Source: an uncultured Candidatus Rokubacteria bacterium
GTDB taxonomy: Bacteria; Methylomirabilota; Methylomirabilia; Rokubacteriales; CSP1-6
Length of the DNA: 64,000 nucleotides
Direction of reading: 5' to 3'
Assembly: GCA_963789955.1 (NCBI GenBank)
Contig: CAWBMV010000034.1
Location: 64,001 to 128,000, forward strand
The translations under genes and the position numbers were made by a program. This document shows, in pieces, positions 30,531 through 41,739 of the stretch. Under the pieces are notes generated by a model that did no database searches, was not told where the DNA came from, and saw only the letters and a list, made by a program, of their open reading frames with translations. The stretch's first letter is position 1. The number at the start of each line of letters is the position of its first letter.

Positions 30531-31737
30531 TCAGGCCTTCATCCGGTCGGCGCGCACTTCTTTGGGCAGGCCGAGCACGCGCTCTCCGATGATGTTCTTC
30601 TGGATCTCGGACGAGCCCGAGTAGATCGTTCCCGCGCGCGACCAGAGAAACGCGGTCGCGAAGGTGCCGGGCTCGCCGGAGGAGGTATCGACCTCCTCGA
30701 ACTCCTCGCGCGCGACCATGAGCTGGCCGAACGGGCCGAGGATCTCGAGCGCGAGCTCGTAGTAGCGCTTCTCGAACTCGGTATACGACAGCTTCGTGAT
30801 CGACGACGCGGCGCCCGGCGTGTCACCTTTCTGCAGCGCCGAGAGCACGCGCAGCGCCGCGTAGCGCTGCACCTCGAGGTCGGCGTAGATGCGTCCCATC
30901 CGGGCGCGCACCGCCGGGTCCTCGATCAGCGGCTTGCCGCCGCGCTTGAGCTCCTTCGTGGCCTTCACGAGCTGGGCGAACGCGGTGACGTACCGCGTGA
31001 CCCGCCCCAGCGCGTTGCCGCCGCGCTCGAAGCCGAGCGTCGTCTGCGCGATCGCCCAGCCCTCGTTGATGTTCGCCGATCAGATCGGACTTGTCGGCGC
31101 GCGCGTTGGTCATGAAGACTTCGGAGAAGAGCGAGCTGCCGGTGATCTGCTTCAGCGGCCGCACCTCGACGCCGGGCTGGCGCATGTTGAGGAGCACGCA
31201 CGAGATGCCGTGGTGCTTGGCCACCTTCGCGTCGGTGCGGCAGAGCAGGATGCCCCAGTCGGCGATCGGGCCGCTCGAGGTCCAGATCTTCTGGCCGTTG
31301 ACGACGAAGTGATCGCCCTGGTCCTCGGCGCGCGTCTTGAGGCTCGCCAGGTCCGAGCCAGCGTTCGGCTCCGAGTAGAGCTGGCACCAGATCTCCTCGG
31401 CGGTCAGCATCTTCTTCAGATAGCGCTTCTTCTGCGCCTCGGTGCCGTGGACGATGATCGTCGGGCCGATGAAGCCGATGCCGAGGCCGTTGATGGCCGG
31501 CGGCGAGCTCACGCGCGCCATCTCGTCCTGGACGATCGCCTGCTGCATCGGCGTGGCGCCCCAGCCCCCGTACTCCTTGGGCCACAGCATCCCGACGTAG
31601 CCGGCTTCGTAGAGCTTGCGGTGCCACGCCTTCCGATCGTCGAGAGTCTTCAGCTCCTGCTTCGGGATGTTGCTCTCGAGCCAGCGACGGGTCGTGGCGC
31701 GGAATTCGCGATCTTCAGGCGAGTAGTTCAGATCCAT
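30531..31737 (-). CDS. Acyl-CoA dehydrogenase (frameshift near 31075)
   Basis: WCQLYSEPNAGSDLAS, NGQKIWTS, TIYSGSSEIQKNII; tandem with previous gene as in heteromeric ACADs. Confidence 0.9.
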
Positions 31738-31866
31738 CGGGTCGGCCTCCGCAGTGCGCGCTGCAGGCCGTCGCGGGGCTGGGCCCCGCCGGCCGAGGCG
31801 CGCTTTATACATTCGAACGCGGGTTCACGAACGAATGCACGTTTCTAGCACGCCGGCCCATGCGAA

Positions 31867-32676
31867 TCAACGCGCGGGGGCCGGCAGCCGGTAGATCGCG
31901 GTGTGGAGCACGTGGGCGATCGGGCGTCGCTCGCCGGCGACCAGGACCAGGTCGGCCTCGACGAACTGTTTGCCCTTCTTCTCGAAGAGCGAGCGCACCT
32001 TGCCACGCGTCGACAGGATCTCGCCGACCCTGGCGCCGCCGAGGTGGCGCACGACGCTGCCGACGTGGATCCACGGGCTCATCAGGACGTTCTGCGAGAG
32101 CGCCTTGTTGGCCTGGTCGAGGAAGAATCCGGGATGGACCCAGCCCCGCGTGCCGCGATAGAGCGCGAGCCCGTCGCTGACCCGGTCGAGGTACTCGGCG
32201 GCGCGCTCGTCGTCGTACGGATTGACCGGCGTGCCGAGCGCCGCGAGCCCGGCGAGATGCTCGCGGGTCGCCGGCGGCCGATCCGCCGGCAGCGGCGCCA
32301 CCGGGTACATGGCGAGGTTGACCGGCACCGGCGTGCCCGACGGCAGGGTCGCGGTCAAGGTCGCGCACTCGCCACCCACGGCGGTGGTCGCCGTGACCGT
32401 GGCGATGAGGCGCTTGGCATCGCGCTCGGTCACCACGCCGGCCAGGCGCACTTCTTCCCCGTCGTGGATCGGCTTCACGAACCGCACGTTCGCGGTCCCG
32501 CGCTCGAGCCACGCCGCGCCGAACGCCTCGACCAGCGGGTGGGTCAGGTACGCGTACACGGTCACGCCGGGCACGAGCGCGCCCCGGAAGCCGTACTGGC
32601 GCGCGATCTGCTCGTCGTGGATCTTGTTTTCGGAGCTCGAGGACGTGTTCCGGGCCTTGACGTGATACTCGGGCAA
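31867..32676 (-). CDS. Double hot-dog (MaoC-like) protein
   Basis: ENKIHDE..A.QYGFRGALVPG; second hot-dog-like half. Confidence 0.75.
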   Translation of the reverse strand: MPEYHVKARNTSSSSENKIHDEQIARQYGFRGALVPGVTVYAYLTHPLVEAFGAAWLERGTANVRFVKPIHDGEEVRLAGVVTERDAKRLIATVTATTAVGGECATLTATLPSGTPVPVNLAMYPVAPLPADRPPATREHLAGLAALGTPVNPYDDERAAEYLDRVSDGLALYRGTRGWVHPGFFLDQANKALSQNVLMSPWIHVGSVVRHLGGARVGEILSTRGKVRSLFEKKGKQFVEADLVLVAGERRPIAHVLHTAIYRLPAPAR

Positions 32677-32762
32677 GCGCTCCTGGCTATCCGTATGGGC
32701 CTCCTTCGCTATCCGCGCACGACCACCCTTGGGGTGGCGGCAAGTATATAATCAACCCGGTC

Positions 32763-33359
32763 ATGTCGCGCGGGCTCCTCATCCCCCTGGTCGTCATCGC
32801 GGTACTGGTCGTCGGCATCGGCATGTGGGCGGTGTCGGTCAACAATCAGCTCGTCGTGCTCGACCAGAACGTCGGCGAGAAGTGGGCGCAGGTGCAGAAC
32901 GTCTACCAGCGCCGCGCCGACCTCATTCCGAACCTCGTGGAGACCGTCAAGGGCTTCGCGGCGCAGGAGCGCACGGTGCTGGAAGAGGTCACGCGCGCGC
33001 GGGCCAGCGCGTCCTCGATCCAGCTCACGCCCGAGGCGCTCAACGACCCCAAGGCGCTCGAGAAGTTCCAGGCCGTACAGAACCAGCTCTCGGGCGCGTT
33101 GTCGCGCCTGCTGGTCACGGTCGAGAAATATCCCGACCTCAAATCCAACCAGAACTTCCTGGCTCTGCAGAGCCAGCTCGAAGGCACCGAGAACCGCATC
33201 ACCGTGGAGCGCCGCAACTTCAACCAGGCGGTCCGCGACTACAACACGCGCCTGCGACTCTTCCCGGGCTCGATCGTCGCGCGCTTCTCGGGCTATCAAC
33301 CCAAGGCATTCTTCGAGGCGGCGCCCGATGCGGCGACCGTCCCCAAGGTGAAGTTCTAG
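32763..33359 (+). CDS. lemA: LemA family protein
   Basis: YQRRADLIPNLVETVKG, YPDLKSNQNF..LEGTENRI. Confidence 0.95.
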   Translation: MSRGLLIPLVVIAVLVVGIGMWAVSVNNQLVVLDQNVGEKWAQVQNVYQRRADLIPNLVETVKGFAAQERTVLEEVTRARASASSIQLTPEALNDPKALEKFQAVQNQLSGALSRLLVTVEKYPDLKSNQNFLALQSQLEGTENRITVERRNFNQAVRDYNTRLRLFPGSIVARFSGYQPKAFFEAAPDAATVPKVKF

Positions 33360-33360
33360 T

Positions 33361-34114
33361 CTGCTTCTCGCGGTTGTCCTCGCCGTCGCCCTCGTTCTGC
33401 CGCCAGCGCCGACCGCCCGGCTGAACGACTACGCCGGTCTGCTGACCCCGGCCGAGCGCGAGCGGATCGAGTCCCTCCTGACCGAGCGCGAGCGGAGCCA
33501 CCGGAACCCAGATGGCGATCGCGGTGTTCACGTCGCTCGACGGCGAGAGCCTCGAGGACGTCGCGAACACGGCTCTTCCAGCAAGTGGCGCCTCGGTCAG
33601 AAGAAGCTCGACAACGGCGTGCTCCTCGTCGTGTTCGTGCAGGATCGAAAGCTGCGGCTCGAGGTGGGCTACGGGCTCGAAGGAGTGCTGCCCGACGCCG
33701 AGGCCTCGCAGATCATCCGCGGCGCGATCGCGCCCCGCTTCCGCGAGCAGCACTACGCGGCCGGGCTCGAGGCCGCGACGATCGCCGTGTACGAGCGGAT
33801 CAAGCCGGGCTCGACGCCGCCGGAAGAGCTCAAGCGCTGGGCCGATTCGTCGCAGCGGCGGCAGGGCAGCGGGCAGCCCGAATCTCTACCTGCTCGTCTT
33901 CCTTGCGCTCGCCGTGCTGACGGTCGGCGGGCTCGCGTGGGACGCGTCACACCAGCGCGGCTTCACCGCGAGCCGGCGCGGATGGACTTCCTCCGGAGGT
34001 CCGTGGTTCGGCGGCGGCGGCTGGGGCGGCGGCGGATTTGGCGGGGGCGGCGGTGGCGGGTTCTCGGGCGGCGGGGGCAGCTCGGGCGGCGGCGGCGCGA
34101 GCGGGAGCTGGTGA
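33361..34114 (+). CDS. TPM domain protein (YgcG-like) with Gly-rich tail; several frameshifts, start uncertain
   Basis: LNDYAGLL, RLEVGYGLEGVLPD, GGGSSGGGGASGSW. Confidence 0.85.
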
Positions 34115-34587
34115 TGGCGAAGCATCCGAGCTGGACGCGGCGCTTCTTGAGCGAGGCGGACTTCGACGCGATCACGCGCGCGATCAAAACGGCCGAGTCG
34201 CGAACCTCGGCGGAGATCCGGGTGCATCTCGAGCGCCGCGTGCCGCGGCGGCTCCTGGTCGGCCCCGTGCCCGACGTGATGACGCGGGCGCACCACGTGT
34301 TCCGTCACCTCGGCATGCACCGGACCGCCGAGCGCCACGGCGTGCTGATCTATGTCGCGGTCGAGGACCGGCGCCTCGCGATCGTCGGCGACGAGGGCAT
34401 ACACGGGCGCGTCGGAGATCCGCACTGGCACCGCGTGCGCGACCTGATGCTCGAGCGACTGCGAGCGAACGCGCCGCGCGAGGCGATCGAGCGCGCGGTC
34501 GAAGAGCTCGGCCGCGCGCTCGCCGAGCACTACCCGCGCCGGCCCGACGACAAGAACGAATTGACCGACGAGGTCAGCGTGTCGTGA
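34114..34587 (+). CDS. TPM domain protein
   Basis: AESRTSAEIRVH, GVLIYVA..IVGDEGI, NELTDEVS. Confidence 0.88.
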   Translation: MAKHPSWTRRFLSEADFDAITRAIKTAESRTSAEIRVHLERRVPRRLLVGPVPDVMTRAHHVFRHLGMHRTAERHGVLIYVAVEDRRLAIVGDEGIHGRVGDPHWHRVRDLMLERLRANAPREAIERAVEELGRALAEHYPRRPDDKNELTDEVSVS

Positions 34588-34613
34588 GGGGGCGACGGGT
34601 GTACTGTACGGGC

Positions 34614-34928
34614 ATGGTCACGCGCGTAGCCATCATCGGAGCCCTCGCCGTCATGCTCGGGCTATCGTCGGCGAGCGCTCAGGAATCGCGGCCCGCCGAG
34701 GGATCGGCGACCTTCGAGCTCAAACGCGAGGCGAAGCCGCGCCCCATCGTGCGCCCCGAGGCCGACCCCGGCCAGGCCACGCGTGATGCCGCGAGCGCGG
34801 CGGCCGAGTACGAGCAGAAGCAGCGCGACGAGGCCGTGATGCGCGAGCAGACTCGACCGGCGTTCCGGCGCCCGGATCTCGGTTACGACGTGACCAGCGG
34901 CATCCAGCAGCGCAACCTGCGCCGATGA
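34614..34928 (+). CDS. Small exported hypothetical protein
   Basis: Signal peptide ..SSASA|QE; ATGA overlap with next gene. Confidence 0.65.
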   Translation: MVTRVAIIGALAVMLGLSSASAQESRPAEGSATFELKREAKPRPIVRPEADPGQATRDAASAAAEYEQKQRDEAVMREQTRPAFRRPDLGYDVTSGIQQRNLRR

Positions 34929-36025
34929 CGCGCGACGACATTCCAACACCCGCGCTGTTGCTGGATCTCGATCGCTTCGAGCGGAATCTCCGCCGCATGG
35001 CGGCCCACGCGCGCGCATCCGGCAAAAATCTTCGGCCCCACGCGAAGACGCATCGCTGCCCGGAGATCGCCCGCCGTCAGGTGAGCGCCGGTGCCCTCGG
35101 GGTCGCGTGCGCGAAGCTCGGCGAGGCCGAAGTCATGGCGCGCGCCGGCGTTCGCGGGCTCCTGATCACGACCGAGGTCGTCTCGCCCGCCGCGATCCGC
35201 CGGCTCATGCGACTCGTCTCGGCCGCGCCCGATACGATGGTCGTGATCGACAACCCCGTCAACGTCGCGGATCTCGGCCGCGAGGCGGCGGCCGACGGCG
35301 TCACGGTCAACGTGCTCGTGGACGTCGACGTGGGAACGCGCCGCACCGGGATCGCCCCGGGAGAGCCCGCGCTCGCGCTGGCGCGTGCCGCGGTCGCCCA
35401 GCCGGCGCTCCGCTTCCGCGGGCTCCAGGGCTACGCGGGTCACTGCGCGCACGTCATGGGCTGGCAGGCGCGGCGCGAGGCCTCGCACGCGGCGCTCAAG
35501 CCGCTGATGGAGACGCGCGAGCTGATCGAGCGAGCGGGAATCCCGGTCGAGATCGTCGCCGGCGGCTCGACCGGCACCTTCGACATCGACATCGAGCTGC
35601 CCGGGCTCACGGAGCTCCAGGCCGGTTCGTACTGCGTGATGGACATCGACTACCGGCGGATCGGCGCGCAATCCGGCCCCGTGAACGGCAACTTCGAGAT
35701 GGCGCTCACCGTGATCACGACGGTGGTCAGCGTCCCGACGACCGATCGCGCGATGGTCGATGGCGGGCTCAAGGCCTTCTCGACCGACAAGCCGTTTCCG
35801 CCGGAATCGGTGGAACGGCCGGGTGTCGAGTTCTCGTTCGCGGGCGACGAGCACGGGCGGCTGACGATCACCGACCCGTCACGCGGTCCGAAGCTCGGCG
35901 AGCGCATCGAGTTCTTCCCGCCCCACTGCGACCCGACGATCAACCTCTACGATCGGATCTACGCGATGCGCGGCGACAAGGTCGAGGCGGTGTGGGACAT
36001 CGCCGCGCGCGGTCGCTCCGACTGA
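34925..36025 (+). CDS. DSD1/D-threonine aldolase family PLP enzyme
   Basis: TPALLLD, RPHAKTH, QGYAGH, GGSTGT, DEHG, PHCDPTINLYD. Confidence 0.92.
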   Translation: MTRDDIPTPALLLDLDRFERNLRRMAAHARASGKNLRPHAKTHRCPEIARRQVSAGALGVACAKLGEAEVMARAGVRGLLITTEVVSPAAIRRLMRLVSAAPDTMVVIDNPVNVADLGREAAADGVTVNVLVDVDVGTRRTGIAPGEPALALARAAVAQPALRFRGLQGYAGHCAHVMGWQARREASHAALKPLMETRELIERAGIPVEIVAGGSTGTFDIDIELPGLTELQAGSYCVMDIDYRRIGAQSGPVNGNFEMALTVITTVVSVPTTDRAMVDGGLKAFSTDKPFPPESVERPGVEFSFAGDEHGRLTITDPSRGPKLGERIEFFPPHCDPTINLYDRIYAMRGDKVEAVWDIAARGRSD

Positions 36026-36030
36026 TAGAT

Positions 36031-36146
36031 ATGGGGGGCCTCGAAGGGCCCCCCAAGCCCCCCGCGCTCGGAAGCGTCCCGGCGTAGCCGTGACGCTCCT
36101 CGAACTCGCGTTGCGTCTTCGGGGGCCTCGAAGGGCCCCAACCCCA
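36031..36146. repeat. REP-like palindromic repeat element between convergent genes
   Basis: Two copies of GGGGGCCTCGAAGGGCCCC(CC)AA (36033, 36121) flanking a third hairpin. Confidence 0.75.
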
Positions 36147-36151
36147 CGGCT

Positions 36152-36601
36152 TCAGGCGGCGGGACGATACGCGATCAGGTAGCGGTGCTCGCCCTCGAGC
36201 ACGACCTCGCCCCGCTGGTTCTTCAGGGCGACGCGCAGGGTCAGGAGGCCGGCCGAGCGCTTGCGCTCCAGGGCGACGACCTCGTGCTCGGGATAGATCG
36301 TGTCGCCGATGAGCGCCGGCCCGCGAAAGCGCGTGGTCTGCTCGACGAAGGCGACGATGGAGTCCTCGATCAACGGCGCCAGGGTCGAGGCGCCGACCGC
36401 AGTGAGCGACGCGAGCAGCAGGCCGTGGGCGAGGCGTCCGCCGTAGCGCGTCTTCTTCCCGTACTCTTCGTCGTAGTGGATCGGATGGTTGTCGCCGGTC
36501 ATGCCCGCGAAGAACATGAAGTGCGCGTCGGTCAAGGTCCGTGACGGACTCTTGAAGCGGTCGCCGACCGCGAAGTCCTCGAAGTAGCGCTGCGTCGTCA
36601 C
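36152..36601 (-). CDS. MaoC family dehydratase
   Basis: YFEDFAVGD, TGDNHPIHYD, AHGLL. Confidence 0.92.
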   Translation of the reverse strand: MTTQRYFEDFAVGDRFKSPSRTLTDAHFMFFAGMTGDNHPIHYDEEYGKKTRYGGRLAHGLLLASLTAVGASTLAPLIEDSIVAFVEQTTRFRGPALIGDTIYPEHEVVALERKRSAGLLTLRVALKNQRGEVVLEGEHRYLIAYRPAA

Positions 36602-37506
36602 CAGGCGTTCCAGAAGATCTCGCGAGCCTCCGAAGATTCTCGGGCGCGGAACATCTGCTCGCGTAGGCGCGCGGCGCCCGGAAATCCGCTGGCGTACCAG
36701 GCCAGGTGCTTCTTCAGCTGGATCTGCGCGGTGCGCGGCGGCAGCAGCGCCTCGATCAGCGCATCGTGCCGGCGGATGATCCGCGCACGTTCCTCGCGCG
36801 GCACCTCCGCGCCCCTGAAAATCCACGGCGCGCCGAACGTGCCGCGGCCGATCATGACGGCGGCGCAGCGGGTGGCCGCCACCATCGCCTCGGCGTCGGC
36901 GGCGGACCGCACGTCGCCGTTGCCGATCACCGGGATCGCGACCGCGTCGACGACGCTCGCGATGATCTCCCACGGCGCCCGGCCGCTGTACAGCTGCGAG
37001 CGCGTGCGCGGATGGACGGTGATCGCGTCGACCCCCTCGCTCTCGGCGATGCGGGCGATCTCCACGGCGTTCACGGTCCGGTCGTCCCAGCCGCCGCGGA
37101 TCTTGATCGTGAATTCGACACCGATCGCCTTGCGCATGGTGCGGAACACTACGGCGGCGCCGAGCGGATCGCGCATCAGGGCGGATCCCTGGCCCTTCGT
37201 GACGATCTTGGCCACCGGGCAGCCCATATTCAGATCGATCGCATCGGCGCCGGTGGCCTCGAGTCGTCGCGCGGCCTCGGCGAGCACGTCGGGGTCGGCG
37301 CCGAGCAGCTGGAGCGCGATCGGATGCTCCTCGGGCAGGAAGCGCGCGTACTCCGCCGTGCGCGCGCTCCCTTCCAGGAATCCGCGGGCGTCGATCTCCT
37401 CGCTGGTGAGGCGGCCGGCGCCGCACTCGCGCGCGATCAGCCTGAAGGGCGCGTTGGTCACCGCGGCCATCGGGGCCAGACGCAGATCGATCATGCCATC
37501 CAGCAT
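36598..37506 (-). CDS. tRNA-dihydrouridine synthase (DusB-like)
   Basis: LAPM, IDLNMGCP, KIRGGW, VHPRTR, GNGDV, KKHLAWY. Confidence 0.9.
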   Translation of the reverse strand: MLDGMIDLRLAPMAAVTNAPFRLIARECGAGRLTSEEIDARGFLEGSARTAEYARFLPEEHPIALQLLGADPDVLAEAARRLEATGADAIDLNMGCPVAKIVTKGQGSALMRDPLGAAVVFRTMRKAIGVEFTIKIRGGWDDRTVNAVEIARIAESEGVDAITVHPRTRSQLYSGRAPWEIIASVVDAVAIPVIGNGDVRSAADAEAMVAATRCAAVMIGRGTFGAPWIFRGAEVPREERARIIRRHDALIEALLPPRTAQIQLKKHLAWYASGFPGAARLREQMFRARESSEAREIFWNAW

Positions 37507-37523
37507 CTCACGGTGGGCGGGTG

Positions 37524-38193
37524 CTACTCCACGAGCGCGATCGCGCGGACAGGCGAGCCGTCGGCGCCCTCGAGCTTGAGCGGCAGCGCCATGAAGCGGC
37601 AGCGCGCGCGCGCCGATCTGGTCGAGGTTGGTCAGGTACTCGATCACGGTGATGCCGGCCGGAAAGAAGATCGCGTGCGTCGTGTACTCCGAGCGTCCCG
37701 GTCGGCGACGCGGCTCGGCGATCGTGTCGCGGATGCAGTGATCCGGAGGGTAGTCGTAGCCGACGGCCTTCGCACCGCGGGCGACGAGCCACTCGCAACC
37801 GCTCGGACCGGTCCACGGACCTTCCTTCCAGAACTGCTCCTTGTCGACGCCCATGCGCCGGGGCCAGTCCGTGCGCAGCAGCACGATGTCGCCGCGGCGT
37901 ACGTGGGCGGCGCGACGCTCGAGGTCCGCGGCGGTGACCTCGCCGTTGGCGCCGAGGTGCGTCAGATCGACCACCGCCGCGTCGCCGACCCACTGATCCA
38001 CCGGCATCGAGGCCATGTCGCGGCCGTCGACCAGGTAGTGCAGCGGCGCGTCGACGTGCGTGTAGGCGTGGCAGCTGATCGTCAGCACGGTGCTCTGCAG
38101 CGGATGGCCGGTGGCGTGCGCGGCCACGAGCTCGGGAGCCACTTTCCAGCGGAAGTGCGGCCGGATCGAGAAGCTCAGGTCAACGATTCGCAT
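37524..38193 (-). CDS. Cyclase (kynurenine formamidase-like) family protein; frameshift near 37605 fuses it to dus in the ORF track
   Basis: HAYTHVDAPLH, IEYLTNL, FMALPLKLEGADGSPVRAIA. Confidence 0.88.
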
Positions 38194-38198
38194 CGCGG

Positions 38199-38975
38199 TT
38201 ACCGTTCCGCGACGAGGACCGAGACCGGGAAGCCGTAGCGGATCTGTCCTTCCTCGAACCTCGGCTGGATGTCGAGCGCGTCGTCGGTGAGCGCCTCACG
38301 GAAGATCTTGCGGATCTTCTCGTCGTCACCGGGATGCGGGAACGACCGCCCGATCAAGGCCTCCATCTCGCCCTCGAGTCGATACGACGTCACCCGGGGC
38401 TCGGGCAGGCCGACCCGGGCGTAGAGGTCGCGGTGCTCTTCGACCGGCAGGGAGCGTACGTGCGAGGGATCGCGCAGCCGCTCCATCCGGTTGAACGCGT
38501 CGGCGCGCTTCACGTCCGGCGTGCTGTCGACGACCACGACCCGGCCCCCCGGGGTGGCGACCCGCTTCATCTCGCGCAGGACGGCGAGCGGGTCGAGAAA
38601 GTGATGGAACGCGAAACGTGAGGTCACGATCGAGAACGACGCGTCCGGCCACGGCAGCGGCAGCACGTCGCCCTGGCGCCACGTCACGTTCGTCAGGCCG
38701 AGCTGGGTGGAGTGGGCGCGCGCCCGATCGAGCATGGCCGGCGTGATGTCGATGCCGGTCGCGTGGCGGACGACTCGCGCGAAGGCGGCCACCACGAGCC
38801 CGGGGCCGCACGCGACGTCCAGCACCGTGTCCTCGGGCCCGGCGCCGCTGCACTCGACGATCAGGCGCAGCGCCGCCTCGTCGCGGATGCCGGGCGCGGT
38901 GGCGAACGGCGTCGCCTGCCGCGTGAACTGGTCGAGGATCTCGTTCTGATGCTCAGAGGGTTTGCTTGTAGGCAT
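38199..38975 (-). CDS. Class I SAM-dependent methyltransferase
   Basis: VLDVACGPG, FAFHHF, LRDPSHVR. Confidence 0.9.
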   Translation of the reverse strand: MPTSKPSEHQNEILDQFTRQATPFATAPGIRDEAALRLIVECSGAGPEDTVLDVACGPGLVVAAFARVVRHATGIDITPAMLDRARAHSTQLGLTNVTWRQGDVLPLPWPDASFSIVTSRFAFHHFLDPLAVLREMKRVATPGGRVVVVDSTPDVKRADAFNRMERLRDPSHVRSLPVEEHRDLYARVGLPEPRVTSYRLEGEMEALIGRSFPHPGDDEKIRKIFREALTDDALDIQPRFEEGQIRYGFPVSVLVAER

Positions 38976-40188
38976 GACCGCCCTTCATGATGACCTTCAA
39001 ATTGTCCTGGATCTGGAACACGCGCAGATTCCGGAGCGGGTCGCCGGCGACGACGATCAGGTCCGCGTATTTGCCGGGCTCGACGGTGCCGATCCGGTCG
39101 GACATGCGGAAGAGCGCGGCGTTGACCTTGGTGGCCGAGAGCAACACCTCCATCGGCTTCATCACCTGCGCCTTCAGCTCGAACTCGACGGCGCGCTGCA
39201 CCATCATGTCGCCCAGCAGATCGGAGCCCGATCCGATCTGGCAGCCGGCGCGGTAGGCGTAGGTCAGGCCCTGCACGGATTGCTCGCGCGCCAGATTGAT
39301 CTTCTGGATCTGATGGTCGCCGATGCCGTAGCGCTTGCCTTCGCGATAGATCATCTCGTAGGTGATCATCGTCGGCACCAGGAAGGCCCCGGCGTCCTTG
39401 ATCGCCTTCGCGGCCGCCTCGCGGATGAGGTTGCCGTGCTCGATCGAGCGCACGCCGGCCTCGATGGCGTTCCGCACCGCGGTGTCGGAGTAGGCGTGAG
39501 CCAGGACGTACTTGCCGACGGCGCGCGCCTCCTCGGCGGCGGCGCGCATCTCGGCGATCGTGAACTGCGTCGTATCGAGCTCGTCGGCCGGCGACATGGC
39601 GCCGCCCGAGGCCATGATCTTGATCTGGTCGACGTCGCGCCGCAGCTGCTCGCGCACGGCCTTGCGCACCTCGGCCTCGCCGTCGGCGATCGAGCCGATC
39701 ATGCCGATGCAGCAATCGATCGGCGCGACCCATTCCGAGCGCCGCCGCTTGTCGCCGTGGCCGCCGGTCTGCGAGATGTAGTTGCCGGAGACGAGCATCC
39801 GCGGCCCGGGATAGACCCCTTCGTTGATCGCTTCGCGAAATCCGTAGTCGGCGCCGCCGGCGTCGCGCACGGTCGTGAATCCCTGCATCAGGCACTCTTC
39901 GGCTCGACGCAGCGCCTTCGCGGCCAGGAGGCTCGGCGGCAGATAGCGATGCTGGTCGGTGATGTTGCCCTCGACCGCGCAGATGTGGACGTGCGCGTCG
40001 GTGAGCCCGGGCATCAGGGTCGCGCCGCGGCAGTCGAGCGTCGTCACCGGGCCGGGCAGCGGACCGACCTTCCCGTTCGGGAACACGTCCTTGATGCGAT
40101 CGTCCTCGACGACGACCGCGGCGCCCGGCATCGGGTCGGCGCCCGTACAGTCGATCAGCAGGGCGTTGGTGAAGACGGTCAGGCTCAT
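38953..40188 (-). CDS. Amidohydrolase family protein (Xaa-Pro dipeptidase-like)
   Basis: PGLTDAHVH, GFTTVRDAGG, TGGHGD, SIEHG, GSD. Confidence 0.92.
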   Translation of the reverse strand: MSLTVFTNALLIDCTGADPMPGAAVVVEDDRIKDVFPNGKVGPLPGPVTTLDCRGATLMPGLTDAHVHICAVEGNITDQHRYLPPSLLAAKALRRAEECLMQGFTTVRDAGGADYGFREAINEGVYPGPRMLVSGNYISQTGGHGDKRRRSEWVAPIDCCIGMIGSIADGEAEVRKAVREQLRRDVDQIKIMASGGAMSPADELDTTQFTIAEMRAAAEEARAVGKYVLAHAYSDTAVRNAIEAGVRSIEHGNLIREAAAKAIKDAGAFLVPTMITYEMIYREGKRYGIGDHQIQKINLAREQSVQGLTYAYRAGCQIGSGSDLLGDMMVQRAVEFELKAQVMKPMEVLLSATKVNAALFRMSDRIGTVEPGKYADLIVVAGDPLRNLRVFQIQDNLKVIMKGGHAYKQTL

Positions 40189-41716
40189 CGCGGGGTCACC
40201 TTCGCGTCGTACATCCAGACCTTCTCGTCGGCGCGCGGCGTCCACTCGACCTGGTTCGTCACGCCGTAGAGGTCGTGCTGCTGCCACAGAAAGACCCAGG
40301 GCGCCTCGTCACGGATCAGCCGCTGCAGCTCGGCGTACGCCTCGGCGCGCGCCTTCGGCTCCATCAAGGTCTGAGCCCGCGCGATCTTCTCGTCGATCGT
40401 CTTGTTGTTGCCGTACGACGAATAGGTCTGGTCGGCCAGGAAGAGCGGCTGGATCGTGCCCTGGCCGTAGAGCGCCGGGCCCCAGCCGAGGAAGAACATG
40501 TCGCCCGGTGTTGCGGTTCTTGATCTTGTCCAGGTGCGTGCCCCACTCGTTGACGACCACGTTCACCTTGAGCCCGACACGCTGGAGCTGGGCCGCGATC
40601 GCGAGCGACACGTCCTTGTCGAGCGGGTAGCGGCCGGACGGCGTATCGAGGGTCAGCTGGAGCTTCGTCGGGTCGACGCCGGCTTCCTTGAAGAGCGCCT
40701 GGGCACGGGCGGGGTCGTGCTTGTAGCACTCGGCCGGCGCGTAGTCGACGTTGGCGGGCGCCATCGGCCCGCACATGCGCGACGCGCGCCCCTTGAGCAC
40801 CTGCTTGATCAGCTCGTCGACGTCCACCGCGTGGTTCATCGCGCGGCGCACGCGGAGATCCTGCATCGGCCCGGGCTTCAGATTCACCAGCGCCAGATAG
40901 TTGATCCGCGAGGACACCGTCGAGCGCAGGGTCGACCGGCCGCTCTTCTCGATCGCCTCGACGGCGTGGGGCGGCACGTCCTTCATGATGTCGATCTCGC
41001 CGGAGAGCAGCGCCGCCATCCGCGCGCTGAACTCGGGGATGAAGCGGAAGGTCACGCGGCTGACGTCGGCGGGGCCCTGCCAGTAGTCGGGATTGCGCTC
41101 GACCACCAGGCGCTCGTCGCGCTTCCACTCGACGAAGCGGAACGGCCCGGTGCCGATCGGCTTCTCGGCGAGCTTCTGCGGCCCGAGCTCCTTGAGCGCC
41201 TTCGCCGGCATGATGAGCGAGTTCGTCGACGCGGCACTGTCGGCCAGGTTGGGCCAGGGCTGCTTGGTGACGAAGCGAACGGTGAAATCGTCGACGATCT
41301 GCACCTCTTTCACGAGGCCCCAGTACGCGGCACCGCGTGAAGTGGCTCTTGGTCGCCGGGTCGAGCGCGTAGTCGATCGTGGCCTTGACCGACTGCGCGG
41401 TGAACGGCTCGCCGTTGTGAAACTTGACGCCCTTGCGGAGCTTGAACTCCCAGGTGGTGTCGTTGACGATCTTCCAGCTCTCGGCCAGCATCGGCTTGGG
41501 CTTGAAGGTCTTCGCGTCACGGTCGAGCAGCCGATCGTAGATGTGCTCGAGCATGTTGTTGGTGGTCCAGTCCACGATCGTGACGGCGAGCATCGTCCGG
41601 GGCTCGGCGCCGAGGCCGACGACGATCTCCTTGCCGCGGCTCTGGGCTCCGGCCGGCGCCGAGCCCAGCAGGACGAGAGCGATCGCGACGGAACACAGCA
41701 CGGTCAGGCGGCGCAT
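40185..41716 (-). CDS. ABC substrate-binding protein, family 5 (frameshifts near 41335 and 40500)
   Basis: Signal peptide, LAESW..FKLRKGVKFHNG, IGTGPF, VRRAMNHAVD. Confidence 0.88.
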
Positions 41717-41739
41717 AGAGTCTCCTCTGCGAATCGGGA

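Noticed and set aside
34010..34114. GGC-rich repeat tract
   Set aside because: Encodes the normal Gly-rich tail of TPM proteins
36598..38193. Apparent cyclase-Dus fusion (531 aa)
   Set aside because: The cyclase C-terminus and stop exist in another frame (37524); the fusion comes from an indel in a GCGC run
38953..38975. Methyltransferase N-terminus MPTSKPS identical to that of microprotein A
   Set aside because: DNA differs at synonymous sites and the segment is constrained by overlap with the amidohydrolase 3' end; probably coincidence
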